This document shows, one piece after another, positions 38,006 to 47,424 of a stretch of 62,789 nt of DNA. The number at the start of each line of letters is the position of its first letter. Positions within the stretch are counted from its first letter, which is position 1. The DNA is from Dehalococcoidales bacterium. GTDB taxonomy: Bacteria; Chloroflexota; Dehalococcoidia; Dehalococcoidales; UBA1222. The notes beneath the pieces are model-generated. The model ran no database searches and was not told the DNA's origin. It saw only the letters and a list, made by a program, of their open reading frames with translations. The translations under genes were made by a program, and so were the position numbers. The stretch covers positions 1 through 62,789 of the forward strand of contig JAEESL010000003.1 of assembly GCA_016286345.1 (NCBI GenBank), given 5' to 3'.

Positions 38006-38046
38006 GTACGATTTGATATATTATCAAAGTGAAAATTTCTTGTCAA

Positions 38047-39231
38047 TTAAACCATGTCCAGAGAGTTATCATTGCTGAGAAATTCCCATATATTCATATG
38101 TTTGTATCCGAACATAAGACTTCCTGATTCAACATCATCTGTTGTGATCACAATCTTCTTGTATCCGTCATCCAGTCCTCTGAAAGGAGTTATTTCCTCT
38201 TTTTCCCGGGCAGCTGTAAGAGTTTCGCTAACCTGCAGGTAATAACGGTAATTATTTTTTATCGCTACAAACTTTATTTCCTTGTCATTGTTCTTTCCTG
38301 CATACAGGGTAAATCCTCTTCTTATCAGCTCAATGCATACAATGTTCTCGTAAGTCTGCTGTATATCGATTGTGTGGCTTTTTAAATAACCGAACATGGC
38401 ATCAGTCAGATAATACTTATTTTTCGTTTTGAGGACACTGTCTTTCTTTATATCGTAACGGTTAACTTTCTGGAAAATGTGTGAATCCGTAAGATATGAA
38501 ATATATGATGCAACTGTATCATCCGTTGCTTTCTCATAACCGTTTTTCTTCATTTCCTCAGAAATGGCATAAGCGCTTACATAATCTCCCTGATTGTTGA
38601 TCAGGTATCTGAGTACTGCTCTGAATAAGGTTTTGTTTCTTATGCCGTATTTATCATATATGTCCTTTTTAAGGATGCTGTTGCGTAAGACTGCCAGTTT
38701 TTCTGCTTTCTGATCATTGTTCAGATAAACAAGAGAAGGGTAGCTGCCATACCTTGTGTAATCATCAAATACCGATTTGATATTGGTCTTGAGACATGCG
38801 GCATATTCAACTATTGATAAAGGTAGTACCTGTATTACTGAAGTATTCTTGATGTTTGAATTGGCAATGGAATCAAAAGATGAGACCAGATAAATGTCAT
38901 GCTCATTTCTCAGGTTTTCAACGACTTTTTCGTAGCCGTTTATATACTGGGGTTCATCAATGATTATTCTGTAGCGTAATCCGAATCGTATTCTGTTATC
39001 GATGTATTTCTGCAGGGTTTCACTGTCGGGGGAATACCGTTCTGCAAGATACTCGGCATCAATATGTATAAAGCTGTCAGATCTGACTCCGGCAGAGATC
39101 AGGCAGAAATAAAACAGTTCCTTCATGAGAATTGTTTTGCCGACACCTCTTAATCCGTGGATTATTTTGACATCGGTGTTGTTGACATTTTCCATAAGCC
39201 AGTCGATATACTGAGTTCTCTGAAGATTCAT
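38047..39231 (-). CDS. AAA+ ATPase of the AAA_14/DUF4143 (COG1373-like) type
   Basis: 394 aa. It has a Walker A motif GLRGVGKT, a Walker B-like IIIDEPQY, and a C-terminal region typical of DUF4143 proteins. A GAGGAGG RBS precedes the start. Confidence 0.7.
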   Translation of the reverse strand: MNLQRTQYIDWLMENVNNTDVKIIHGLRGVGKTILMKELFYFCLISAGVRSDSFIHIDAEYLAERYSPDSETLQKYIDNRIRFGLRYRIIIDEPQYINGYEKVVENLRNEHDIYLVSSFDSIANSNIKNTSVIQVLPLSIVEYAACLKTNIKSVFDDYTRYGSYPSLVYLNNDQKAEKLAVLRNSILKKDIYDKYGIRNKTLFRAVLRYLINNQGDYVSAYAISEEMKKNGYEKATDDTVASYISYLTDSHIFQKVNRYDIKKDSVLKTKNKYYLTDAMFGYLKSHTIDIQQTYENIVCIELIRRGFTLYAGKNNDKEIKFVAIKNNYRYYLQVSETLTAAREKEEITPFRGLDDGYKKIVITTDDVESGSLMFGYKHMNIWEFLSNDNSLDMV

Positions 39232-39543
39232 GGTTATTCCTCCTCAAGTGATACTTTTATATTTATAAACCGAAATACCTCTTTTTAGCAATAAATATTT
39301 CGAAATTTAGTATTAAATTACTGCAGTTTATGAGTGATTTCATGCTTTCAATCAATGACTGTCATGCAAAAAAAAGTATATGTAAACCAGACTGCGGTTT
39401 ATCTGAAACAATGGTTGCTATTATATATATTTTACGCCGTGCTATATTAGATAATTAATTCTGTCCGTAAAATAGAATCGTAAAATATTGTACTCCTGTG
39501 AAATCTCGGACATTGAAAAGGGGTAATTAGAGGATCAGGTATC

Positions 39544-40752
39544 TTGTTTAAAAGTCAGAAATACGCCTGGGTTATATGCGTTCTCGGCTCGCTTGCGATG
39601 TTCTGTTCCATGGGCATATGCAGCAATATGCTGTCTTATTTTCTGCCTTATATTGAACAGACCGGTATTAGTCACAGCGCTGGATCATCACTTATTTCGG
39701 TCAGATGTGTGTTTTCTCTCTTGGCGCTTTTCTTTATTAATCGTTACTTTAAAGTTCTGGGGCTCCGAATGGGGCTTTTTATTTCGATGATTCTCGTTGC
39801 TGCATCATCTTTCTTATATTCCATATCTGATTCTGCATTGATGTATCAGGTTGCAACTGCAGTAGGCGGGGTAGGTTATGCACTCGGTGGCCTCGTTCCT
39901 GTATCCATCTTAGTAAAGAAATGGTTTAAAGATCATTTGGGCGTTGCTATGGCAATCGCTACCATTGGCAGTAGTCTTGCCAGTGTCATATTACCGCCGA
40001 TCATGGAAAAAGTATTGAATGCTGTCGGTCTTTCCAATACATATCTTGTCCTTGCTGCTTTTACGATGTTTGTAGCTTTGCTGATGATTATTTTCCTCCG
40101 CAATGATCCTGCGGAATTCGGCCTTGAGCCTTATACAGATCAAAACAATTCAAAAATCAAGACAATGAACTTCAATACGAAGCAAATGTCAAATCTGGGG
40201 CTTGTACTGATTCTCTTGACACTGTTTCTCACCTGTGGCGTTGCACAGTCTGGTATAGGGCATATTAGCGTTCTGGCAGAGTCTACCGGATATGGAGGGG
40301 ATATCAGATCTTTGATGTTAAGCGTCTTTGGTCTTTCTTCTATTTTTGCTAAGCTTGTCTTCGGAGAGATAGTTGATTATTTCGGTACAAAACGTGCTTC
40401 ACAGATACTTTATCTCATCATTATTGGTGGTTGTTTTACTACTTTCTTCATGAATGGGGACTCTTTGTGGCCTTGTTTTGCTGTAAGTGTCATGTTTGGT
40501 TTGGGCTTTACGGTAACAACTGTTGGCATATCATTATGGGCAGTTGAATTGTCTGATGCCCCCAGTTATGAAAGAACACTTAAGGTCTTCCAAATTGTCA
40601 TAGCTATTGGCGGCATACTTTTTGGAGTTATTCCCGGCTTATTCTATGAACGCTTCGGTGATTACATACTTGTTTATGAAGCTTTCGGTGTTCTCACCAT
40701 TATAGCTGTCATTTTTTTAACGCTGACGTACCGAAGAGAAATCGGCAAATAA
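39544..40752 (+). CDS. MFS transporter
   Basis: 402 aa with about 12 hydrophobic helices and a central loop. The TTG start has an AGAGGA RBS; the exact start is uncertain. Confidence 0.7.
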   Translation: MFKSQKYAWVICVLGSLAMFCSMGICSNMLSYFLPYIEQTGISHSAGSSLISVRCVFSLLALFFINRYFKVLGLRMGLFISMILVAASSFLYSISDSALMYQVATAVGGVGYALGGLVPVSILVKKWFKDHLGVAMAIATIGSSLASVILPPIMEKVLNAVGLSNTYLVLAAFTMFVALLMIIFLRNDPAEFGLEPYTDQNNSKIKTMNFNTKQMSNLGLVLILLTLFLTCGVAQSGIGHISVLAESTGYGGDIRSLMLSVFGLSSIFAKLVFGEIVDYFGTKRASQILYLIIIGGCFTTFFMNGDSLWPCFAVSVMFGLGFTVTTVGISLWAVELSDAPSYERTLKVFQIVIAIGGILFGVIPGLFYERFGDYILVYEAFGVLTIIAVIFLTLTYRREIGK

Positions 40753-40808
40753 CATCGTTAATGACAGATGTAAGCCAAAACGTTTTTTTATGCTAAAATC
40801 TCAGCATC

Positions 40809-41438
40809 ATGTATTTAAAACGTATACAGGTAGGATTTCTCCAGGAAAACTGTTATCTGGTAGGTGCAGAATATGCGATGTTCTGTGCTGTTATTGATCC
40901 CGGTGACGAATTTGAAAAGATCGATAAAATCCTTACTGATGACTGTAAAACTCCTTCTCTGATCCTTCTTACTCATGCTCATCCCGATCATTACGGAGCA
41001 GTATTTGAACTTAAACAGAAATATCCTGAAGCAAGAATATGCATGCATAAGGACGATATTGATCTATATGCAGATCCTACAATGCGTAGGCTTCTTGGAT
41101 ATGGTGAAATGAAGATCCAGCCTGTTGATCAGAAACTGGAAGACGGAGATGTTTTAGGATTGGGAGGCGGTATTCAGATTACCGCCAGACATACTCCGGG
41201 ACATACTCCGGGCGGAGTCTGTTTTTCTACCTATGGTCTGCTGTTTACAGGCGACACTTTATTCAGAGGCAGTATTGGAAGAACAGATTACATCGGCGGA
41301 AACTATGATGAGATCATTAAAAGTGTCAATGATGTGATAATGGGATATCCTGATGAGATAATTGTTTATCCCGGACACGGACCGTCCAGCAGCATTCAAA
41401 TAGAAAGATCTTCCAATCCTTTTGTCATTAAGCAATGA
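40809..41438 (+). CDS. MBL-fold metallo-hydrolase (glyoxalase II-like)
   Basis: 209 aa. It has LLTHAHPDHYGA, HTPGHTPGG, and the GDTLFRGSIGRTD and YPGHG motifs. Confidence 0.85.
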   Translation: MYLKRIQVGFLQENCYLVGAEYAMFCAVIDPGDEFEKIDKILTDDCKTPSLILLTHAHPDHYGAVFELKQKYPEARICMHKDDIDLYADPTMRRLLGYGEMKIQPVDQKLEDGDVLGLGGGIQITARHTPGHTPGGVCFSTYGLLFTGDTLFRGSIGRTDYIGGNYDEIIKSVNDVIMGYPDEIIVYPGHGPSSSIQIERSSNPFVIKQ

Positions 41439-41503
41439 TTATCCTTTACCAATAATCTGATTCAGTTGCTACAATGATATCAAATGAGTTTTAAGGGGAC
41501 ATT

Positions 41504-42658
41504 ATGGGATCACTGAGTTTTGGAATGATTGCATCTGCTTTTTCTGCAGGTCTGCTTTCTTTCTTTTCCCCATGTACTTTCCCGCTTCTTCCCGTATACA
41601 TCGGCTACTTTGCTTCAGATGATCTGCCGGAAGAAACTCCTTACAGGACCAGACTGATTTCAAAGCTGCTGAAGACTCTGCTCTTTGTAGCCGGCATTTG
41701 TGTCGTATTTGTTCTTCTCGGATTTGGAGCCGGTGCCATAGGTAAAGCTCTGTCCAGCGTTTACTTCACGATTGCCTGTGGAATAATTGTATTCATTTTC
41801 GGACTTCAGTATGCAGAAATCATCAATATTCCTTTCCTTATGCAGGAAAAACGTTTCGATATGAGCAAGGCTGCCAGCAAAGGTATCTGGTGGGCATTTC
41901 TGCTTGGTGTAATGTTCTCATTCGGATGGACTCCGTGTGTCGGACCTGTACTTGCCACTGTGCTTGGTATGACTGCACAGAATGGTGATGTTCTGCAGGG
42001 AGGCATTCTTCTCTTCATATATGCATTGGGACTGAGTATTCCTTTCCTCGTACTGAGTGCAGGGTCAGCAACATTGATAGCCAGGATTAAAGGCTTGACT
42101 AAATATCTTCCAATAATTAAGAAAATAGGCGGAGTAATTATTGCTCTGATGGGTCTGTGGATGATCTTTTCTTCCATCAGCGCTGTAGCTCCGGATAATT
42201 CCGGCAACAATGAATCATCTCCAAATAATAATAATATGGCTCTTGAAGAATTTATTCTTCCGGCAATGAACGGAGACGTTGTGACTTTGTCAGATTACCG
42301 CGGCAAACCCGTATACATCGATTTCTGGACGACCTGGTGTCCGTACTGTATCGTCAATATTCAGGAATTCAATTCTTTTGCCAACAGAATAAATGCCGGA
42401 GATAATTATGTTGTTCTGTCGGTAGTTACTCCCGGTTATTACCGGGAAATGTCCGAGGAAAAACTCAGGGAATGGGTTGCTGAGCAAAATCTTGATTTCC
42501 CGATGCTCTTGGATTATAACGTCAGCATTACCAGACATTATGGTATCAATACTTATCCGACCGGAGTTTATATTGCTCCTGACGGGCAGCTGGCAGAGAT
42601 ACATGTCGGTTATTCAAGTCTTTCCGTCATAGAATCAAAACTTGAAGCATTGAAATAG
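41504..42658 (+). CDS. CcdA/DsbD-type thiol-disulfide transporter fused to a TlpA/ResA-like thioredoxin domain
   Basis: 384 aa. The N-terminal 6-TM domain has FFSPCTFPLLP and GWTPCVGPVL. The C-terminal domain has YIDFWTTWCPYC and GINTYPTGVYIAPDG. Confidence 0.8.
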   Translation: MGSLSFGMIASAFSAGLLSFFSPCTFPLLPVYIGYFASDDLPEETPYRTRLISKLLKTLLFVAGICVVFVLLGFGAGAIGKALSSVYFTIACGIIVFIFGLQYAEIINIPFLMQEKRFDMSKAASKGIWWAFLLGVMFSFGWTPCVGPVLATVLGMTAQNGDVLQGGILLFIYALGLSIPFLVLSAGSATLIARIKGLTKYLPIIKKIGGVIIALMGLWMIFSSISAVAPDNSGNNESSPNNNNMALEEFILPAMNGDVVTLSDYRGKPVYIDFWTTWCPYCIVNIQEFNSFANRINAGDNYVVLSVVTPGYYREMSEEKLREWVAEQNLDFPMLLDYNVSITRHYGINTYPTGVYIAPDGQLAEIHVGYSSLSVIESKLEALK

Positions 42659-42812
42659 TTCCTGCTGTTTCCTGTTTCTGAGACAGTTTCAGAGAGATGT
42701 ACTCATTTACCTTTGACAAAGGTTTTATTGTCTGATTTTGGTTATAGTGGGCTCTGGTTCAGCCTGTCAGATATCTTCTTCCTTATCATTTTATTTGTAT
42801 GATAAAAGATAC

Positions 42813-42846
42813 AAAAAAGGCATGTTCTTCGGAGAACATGCCTTTT
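42813..42846 (-). terminator. bidirectional rho-independent terminator
   Basis: A-run, then GGCATGTTCT (42819-42828), loop TCGG, then AGAACATGCC (42833-42842), then TTTT. Confidence 0.85.
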
Positions 42847-42868
42847 GAAATATACCGGATAATCAGAA

Positions 42869-44914
42869 TTAGAATAAGCCGGTGAAGTTAGCGATGACAG
42901 GAGCAAGAACTACTGCGATGATTGAAGCTAACTTGATCATAATGTTGAGAGCAGGACCGGAGGTGTCCTTCATAGGATCACCGACGGTGTCACCAATAAC
43001 GGTAGATTTGTGAGTATCGGATCCCTTACCGCCGAATGCACCAGTTTCAACATATTTCTTAGCGTTATCCCATGAACCGCCGGCGTTGGAGAAGGTGATG
43101 GCAAGGATGAAACCGACTACGGTTGAACCTGTAAGGAAGCCGGCAAGACCCTGTTTGCCAAGTACGAAGCCGATGACGATAGGTGACAGAACTGTGATAA
43201 CACCGGGGAGGATCATCTCTTTGAGTGAATCACGGGTACAGATGTCGACGCATCGTTTGTAATCAGCTTTTGCTTTACCTTCAAGAAGACCGGGGATTTC
43301 CTTGAACTGTCGTCGAACTTCATTGACGATTGAGTAGCCGGTCTTGCCGACAGCATTCATTGTCAGAGCACAGAATACTGCAGGGAGCAAAGCACCGAGG
43401 AAGAGACCTACGATGATATTTGCATCAAGCAGGTTGACTTCATCAGCTTTAAGGCCGACTGCCTGAGTGTATGAAAGAAGAAGTGCGAGTGAAGTAAGAG
43501 CAGCAGAACCGACTGCGAAACCTTTACCGGTTGCAGCAGTGGTGTTGCCTAATGAATCAAGAGCATCGGTACGATCACGGATTTCGTGAGGTAAGCCTGA
43601 CATTTCGACCAGACCGCCTGCGTTATCTGCGATAGGACCATATGCATCAGTTGCATCCTGGATACCCAAAGTGGCAAGCATACCGACACCTGCGATTGCA
43701 ACGCCGTATACACCGCCGAAGTAGTGGGCAAGAAGAATTGCGATACCAACAATGACAACAGGAGGAAGGGTGCTCATTAAACCATTAGCGAAACCGCTGA
43801 TGATTACTGTGGCGGCACCGGTCTGACCTGATTTGGAAACATTCTTGGTAGGATTGTAAACGTAAGAAGTGTAGTAGTTGGTGGATTCACCGATGAGTAC
43901 ACCGGCAACCAGACCGCTTAAGATTGCCCAGAAGATGTTCAGATTAACATCGAGGAACCAGACAATCAGGAATGCAAAGATTGCAGCAAGAATGGCTGCG
44001 GACCAGGTACCCTTTCGAAGTGCATTGAGAAGGGCAGTCATCTGTAATTTTTCGCCTACACGAACGAGGAAGATACCGATCAATGATGCAATGATACCTG
44101 CACCTGCGATCAGCATGGGAAGAACACATGCAAGTTCTTTTGAACCGACGAGTGTTGTTCCTGATTCACCTGCTATGAGTGCAACAGCACTGAGGGTAAC
44201 GGTGGCGATGATTGAATCAACATATGATTCGAAAAGGTCAGCGCCCATACCTGCAACATCACCTACGTTGTCACCGACGCAGTCTGCAATAACAGCGGCG
44301 TTTCGGGGATCATCTTCAGGGATGTTCTGTTCAACCTTACCTACGATATCAGCACCGGTATCAGCAGCTTTGGTGAAAATACCACCGCCGACACGGGAGA
44401 AGATAGCTACGGTTGAAGCACCGAAGCCATAGGCAGGGATGATTGCCAGGAACTGATCAGTGTTGTAGAAAGCCAGGAAAAGAATACTTAAACCGAGTAA
44501 ACCAATGCTTACAACGGAAAGACCCATAACTGAGCCGGCGCGGAATGCGACTTTAAGACCGCTGTTAAGGCTCTTTTCAGCAGCAGTGGCAGTTCGTGAG
44601 TTTGAGTTGGTAGCAATCTTCATGCCGATAAAACCGGACAGACCGGATGTTATAGCACCGAAGAGGAATGTTACGCCAACTCTCCATCCGAGGGATGGAA
44701 CAACAGTGAGAATGATGAATACTACTGCAACAAAAATTGCGAGTAATTTGTATTCACGGCCGAGGAATGCGCTAGCGCCCTCACGAATGGCTTTAGCGAT
44801 TACAGCGACCTTATCGCCTTCCTTCTGCTTGGTTACCCACCATGCAAAGTAGGCAGCTACACCAATGCCGAGGATGGCGACGATAACGGTTAGCCAAATC
44901 CAAATTCCTTCCAA
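42869..44914 (-). CDS. hppA: membrane-bound pyrophosphatase (K+-dependent subfamily)
   Basis: 681 aa. It has DNVGDVAGMGADLFES and the GNTTAATGKGFA motif (Ala rather than Lys, which marks the K+-dependent clade), plus DTVGDPMKDTSGP. A TTG start is inferred. Confidence 0.9.
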   Translation of the reverse strand: MEGIWIWLTVIVAILGIGVAAYFAWWVTKQKEGDKVAVIAKAIREGASAFLGREYKLLAIFVAVVFIILTVVPSLGWRVGVTFLFGAITSGLSGFIGMKIATNSNSRTATAAEKSLNSGLKVAFRAGSVMGLSVVSIGLLGLSILFLAFYNTDQFLAIIPAYGFGASTVAIFSRVGGGIFTKAADTGADIVGKVEQNIPEDDPRNAAVIADCVGDNVGDVAGMGADLFESYVDSIIATVTLSAVALIAGESGTTLVGSKELACVLPMLIAGAGIIASLIGIFLVRVGEKLQMTALLNALRKGTWSAAILAAIFAFLIVWFLDVNLNIFWAILSGLVAGVLIGESTNYYTSYVYNPTKNVSKSGQTGAATVIISGFANGLMSTLPPVVIVGIAILLAHYFGGVYGVAIAGVGMLATLGIQDATDAYGPIADNAGGLVEMSGLPHEIRDRTDALDSLGNTTAATGKGFAVGSAALTSLALLLSYTQAVGLKADEVNLLDANIIVGLFLGALLPAVFCALTMNAVGKTGYSIVNEVRRQFKEIPGLLEGKAKADYKRCVDICTRDSLKEMILPGVITVLSPIVIGFVLGKQGLAGFLTGSTVVGFILAITFSNAGGSWDNAKKYVETGAFGGKGSDTHKSTVIGDTVGDPMKDTSGPALNIMIKLASIIAVVLAPVIANFTGLF

Positions 44915-45007
44915 AATTTATTCTACCTCCGATTAAGATTTTTATAGAACAAAGGCTATTTTACTATCAAATGGCTTTTTTGACTACTTATTCGTATTTT
45001 TCGGTTG

Positions 45008-45634
45008 TTATTGCTTGTTCTGAAGCAGATCTTCGAGTCTTTTCTGCTGAATAGTAAGAGTGATATCGCTTCTGGTTTTTTCCATAACAGATCTCAGAAT
45101 GTCAGTAGTTCTTCTGAGTCCGCCTGTAATACCATCAGGGAAGTCCATGGTTACCAGGACGTTATATACACAGTCCATGCTGTTGAGCAATTCTTCACCA
45201 CGTGAAAAATCTCCGGCACGGAATCCGTCAAGGATATATCTTCTAAGCTCATTTGCGGCTTCTCCCAGTCCGTTGAGATATGCCGAATTGTCGATTCCGA
45301 GGTCTTTTGGAGTGGGCAGTGCAGATCCTGTGACAAGAGCTAATACTAGATTTGATTCTGCAAATTCCTTCTGCGCATCCCACAGATAGTGAGTGTTCTG
45401 TATCTCGTTCACGGAGCTGAGATGGGCGACACATTCATCCAGAAGTTTTTTTCCGTTTTCGATCTGGATCTTTGCATCATCAAACTCGTGACGATGGATC
45501 GCTCTGATCGTTTTTGATGCATATCTTATGATCTCACGCGATTTAGTGATGGTGAATTCCCTGGCAGCATCCTGTTCGATGAACTCCTGTCTTATTTCTT
45601 CAGAGATTTTATCAAGCTGTTCCTGTATTTCCAT
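45008..45634 (-). CDS. translin-family protein (COG2178-like)
   Basis: 208 aa and all-helical. It has AQKEFAESNL, YLNGLGEAANELRRYILD and ...VTMDFPDGITGGLRRTTD..., matching my recollection of the translin/TRAX fold family. Confidence 0.6.
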   Translation of the reverse strand: MEIQEQLDKISEEIRQEFIEQDAAREFTITKSREIIRYASKTIRAIHRHEFDDAKIQIENGKKLLDECVAHLSSVNEIQNTHYLWDAQKEFAESNLVLALVTGSALPTPKDLGIDNSAYLNGLGEAANELRRYILDGFRAGDFSRGEELLNSMDCVYNVLVTMDFPDGITGGLRRTTDILRSVMEKTRSDITLTIQQKRLEDLLQNKQ

Positions 45635-45654
45635 TATCTTTTCCTGTTTTTAAA

Positions 45655-46713
45655 CTATTTTTTACTGATCGTTTTTATCAGATCTATCGCTGCCTGAAGA
45701 GGGGATTCTGCGCATAAAACGGCACTGATCACCGCAACTGAATCTGCTCCGAGATCAATGAGCTCCCTGGCATTGCTTTTTTTGATTCCTCCGATTGCAA
45801 CGATCGGTATGTCTAATTCCTTGCGTATATCAGATATCAGTTCTTTGCCTGTCACGACAGCATCGGTCTTGGATGGGGTGGCATATATCGCGCCGACTCC
45901 GATATAATCTGCTCCGTCTATTTTTGCCTTTCTGGCTTCCTCAATGTGTGAGACAGATACCCCTAGTATCTTGTCTATTCCCAGCAATTCACGTGCAGTC
46001 TTTGCCGGCATGTCCGACTGCCCGACATGCAGTCCGTCTGCATCAGCTGCCAGCGCAACATCCAATCTGTCATTTATAATGAGCAGGGCATTATGTCTGT
46101 GACAGAGCTTTGTCAGTTTTTCAGCCAGTTCAATAAAATCTCTGGTTTCATAATCTTTAGCTCTGAGCTGAATGACTTTTGTTCCCGCTCTCAGAATTTC
46201 ATTTGTCAGTTTGAGCGGATCCCGTCCATTCAGCACATCTGTATCCAGGACAACATAGAGGCCTGTCAGTAACTGTACACTATCCAGTCTTGTTAAACGG
46301 GATAACAATTGTTTTTCAATGGAATAGACCTGAAATCTCATTTCCTGGAATAAACCGGATTCTATCTGTGACCCGGGGATTTTTGCGACCTCCTCAAGAA
46401 CTCTTAAGCTTTCTTCTGCTCGTCTTGAATTCGCGACCACGCTTTGATAGAAGGTGCGGTTCTGAACTTCATATTTCATATCAAATCCGACATCATTTTG
46501 TTCGTCTCTCGCATTAACGAATGTCTTTTTTGTGTCGGGGTTTGTAACTGAAACCTTGTGTCTCAGGTTTTTCAGTTCAGATGACAGTCTTGCATCATCC
46601 AGGGCAAAACGGGCAATTTCTTCAAGATAGCGGAGAGCTTCTCCAAGTCGGTTGAGATTCGCATCGATTATTCGAAACGTACCTTTATTAGCACTAGTAT
46701 TCATAGCATGCAT
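45655..46713 (-). CDS. thiE: thiamine-phosphate synthase with ~140-aa N-terminal extra domain
   Basis: 352 aa. The C-terminal 210 aa have LYVVLDT, IQLRAKD, LIINDRLDVALA, GVHVGQSD-like and IVAIGGI motifs. The N-terminal domain has FRIIDANLNRLGEALRYLEEIARF (ThiD2-like). Confidence 0.85.
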   Translation of the reverse strand: MHAMNTSANKGTFRIIDANLNRLGEALRYLEEIARFALDDARLSSELKNLRHKVSVTNPDTKKTFVNARDEQNDVGFDMKYEVQNRTFYQSVVANSRRAEESLRVLEEVAKIPGSQIESGLFQEMRFQVYSIEKQLLSRLTRLDSVQLLTGLYVVLDTDVLNGRDPLKLTNEILRAGTKVIQLRAKDYETRDFIELAEKLTKLCHRHNALLIINDRLDVALAADADGLHVGQSDMPAKTARELLGIDKILGVSVSHIEEARKAKIDGADYIGVGAIYATPSKTDAVVTGKELISDIRKELDIPIVAIGGIKKSNARELIDLGADSVAVISAVLCAESPLQAAIDLIKTISKK

Positions 46714-46938
46714 ATTCTATCACAACGCGTAGTTATTGAAATTAGGTAAATGATTTTTTTATATTGGAATGAAACATGATACAGGTGTATTTTTGACTAA
46801 AATCGATTTTGTCAATTACAGTCACAATTCTATTCATAAACTTAATAAATAATTCTTTATTTTATTTAGAGACCGATATATAATAGGCGCAAAGAGGCCT
46901 TTATCGGCCAATAGATTTTTTCACAAAGGAGTTCTTTT

Positions 46939-47310
46939 ATGGGAAAGTTTGTAATCAGTAATTCAAAGAATGGCGGTTTCGTATTCAATCTCAAGGCTAC
47001 CAATGGTGAAATTATTGCAACATCAGAAGTCTACAAGACAATCGATACTTGCAAGAACGGTATCAAGAGCGTACAGACCAATGCTCCTAAAGCTCCGATC
47101 GAGAATCAGACTGTAGCAGGTTATGAACCGGTAAAGAATCCTAAATTCGAAGTTTACAAGGACAAAGCAGGCGAATTCAGATTCCGATTGAAGGCCAGCA
47201 ATGGTCAGGTTATTGCAGTTGGCGAAGGCTACAAGACTGAAAAGAACTGTTTGAATGGTATCGCAAGCATCAAGAAGAATGCTCCTGGTGCCGAAGTTGT
47301 CCTTCCCTAA
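46939..47310 (+). CDS. YegP-family protein (tandem DUF1508)
   Basis: 123 aa with two repeats: GGFVFNLKATNGEIIATSEVYKT...CKNGIKSV and GEFRFRLKASNGQVIAVGEGYKT...CLNGIASI. Confidence 0.85.
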   Translation: MGKFVISNSKNGGFVFNLKATNGEIIATSEVYKTIDTCKNGIKSVQTNAPKAPIENQTVAGYEPVKNPKFEVYKDKAGEFRFRLKASNGQVIAVGEGYKTEKNCLNGIASIKKNAPGAEVVLP

Positions 47311-47327
47311 TTAGTCGATTAATTTAG

Positions 47328-47363
47328 AAAAAGCGAACACAGCGTTGTGTTCGCTTTTTTTTT
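47328..47363 (+). terminator. rho-independent terminator
   Basis: AGCGAACAC (47332-47340), loop AGCGTT, GTGTTCGCT (47347-47355), followed by a T-run of 9. Confidence 0.9.
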
Positions 47364-47424
47364 GCAGACATGTGTATCATTGAAGAAGCATTGATAACAG
47401 TTAATTGTTTACATATTGTACTGA

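Noticed and set aside
39340-39460. A 38-codon Cys-containing mini-ORF (MLSINDCHAKKSICKPDCGLSETMVAIIYILRRAILDN) in the 312-bp spacer upstream of the MFS gene.
   Set aside because: It has no convincing RBS and lies in AT-rich DNA where short ORFs arise by chance. There is nothing to link it to a RiPP or leader-peptide function.
46714-46938. A TPP riboswitch upstream of thiE (minus strand).
   Set aside because: I could not find the conserved CUGAGA / ACCUGAUCUGGAUAAUGCCAGCG-type core on either strand. The region is AT-rich promoter-like DNA. An Rfam scan would settle it.
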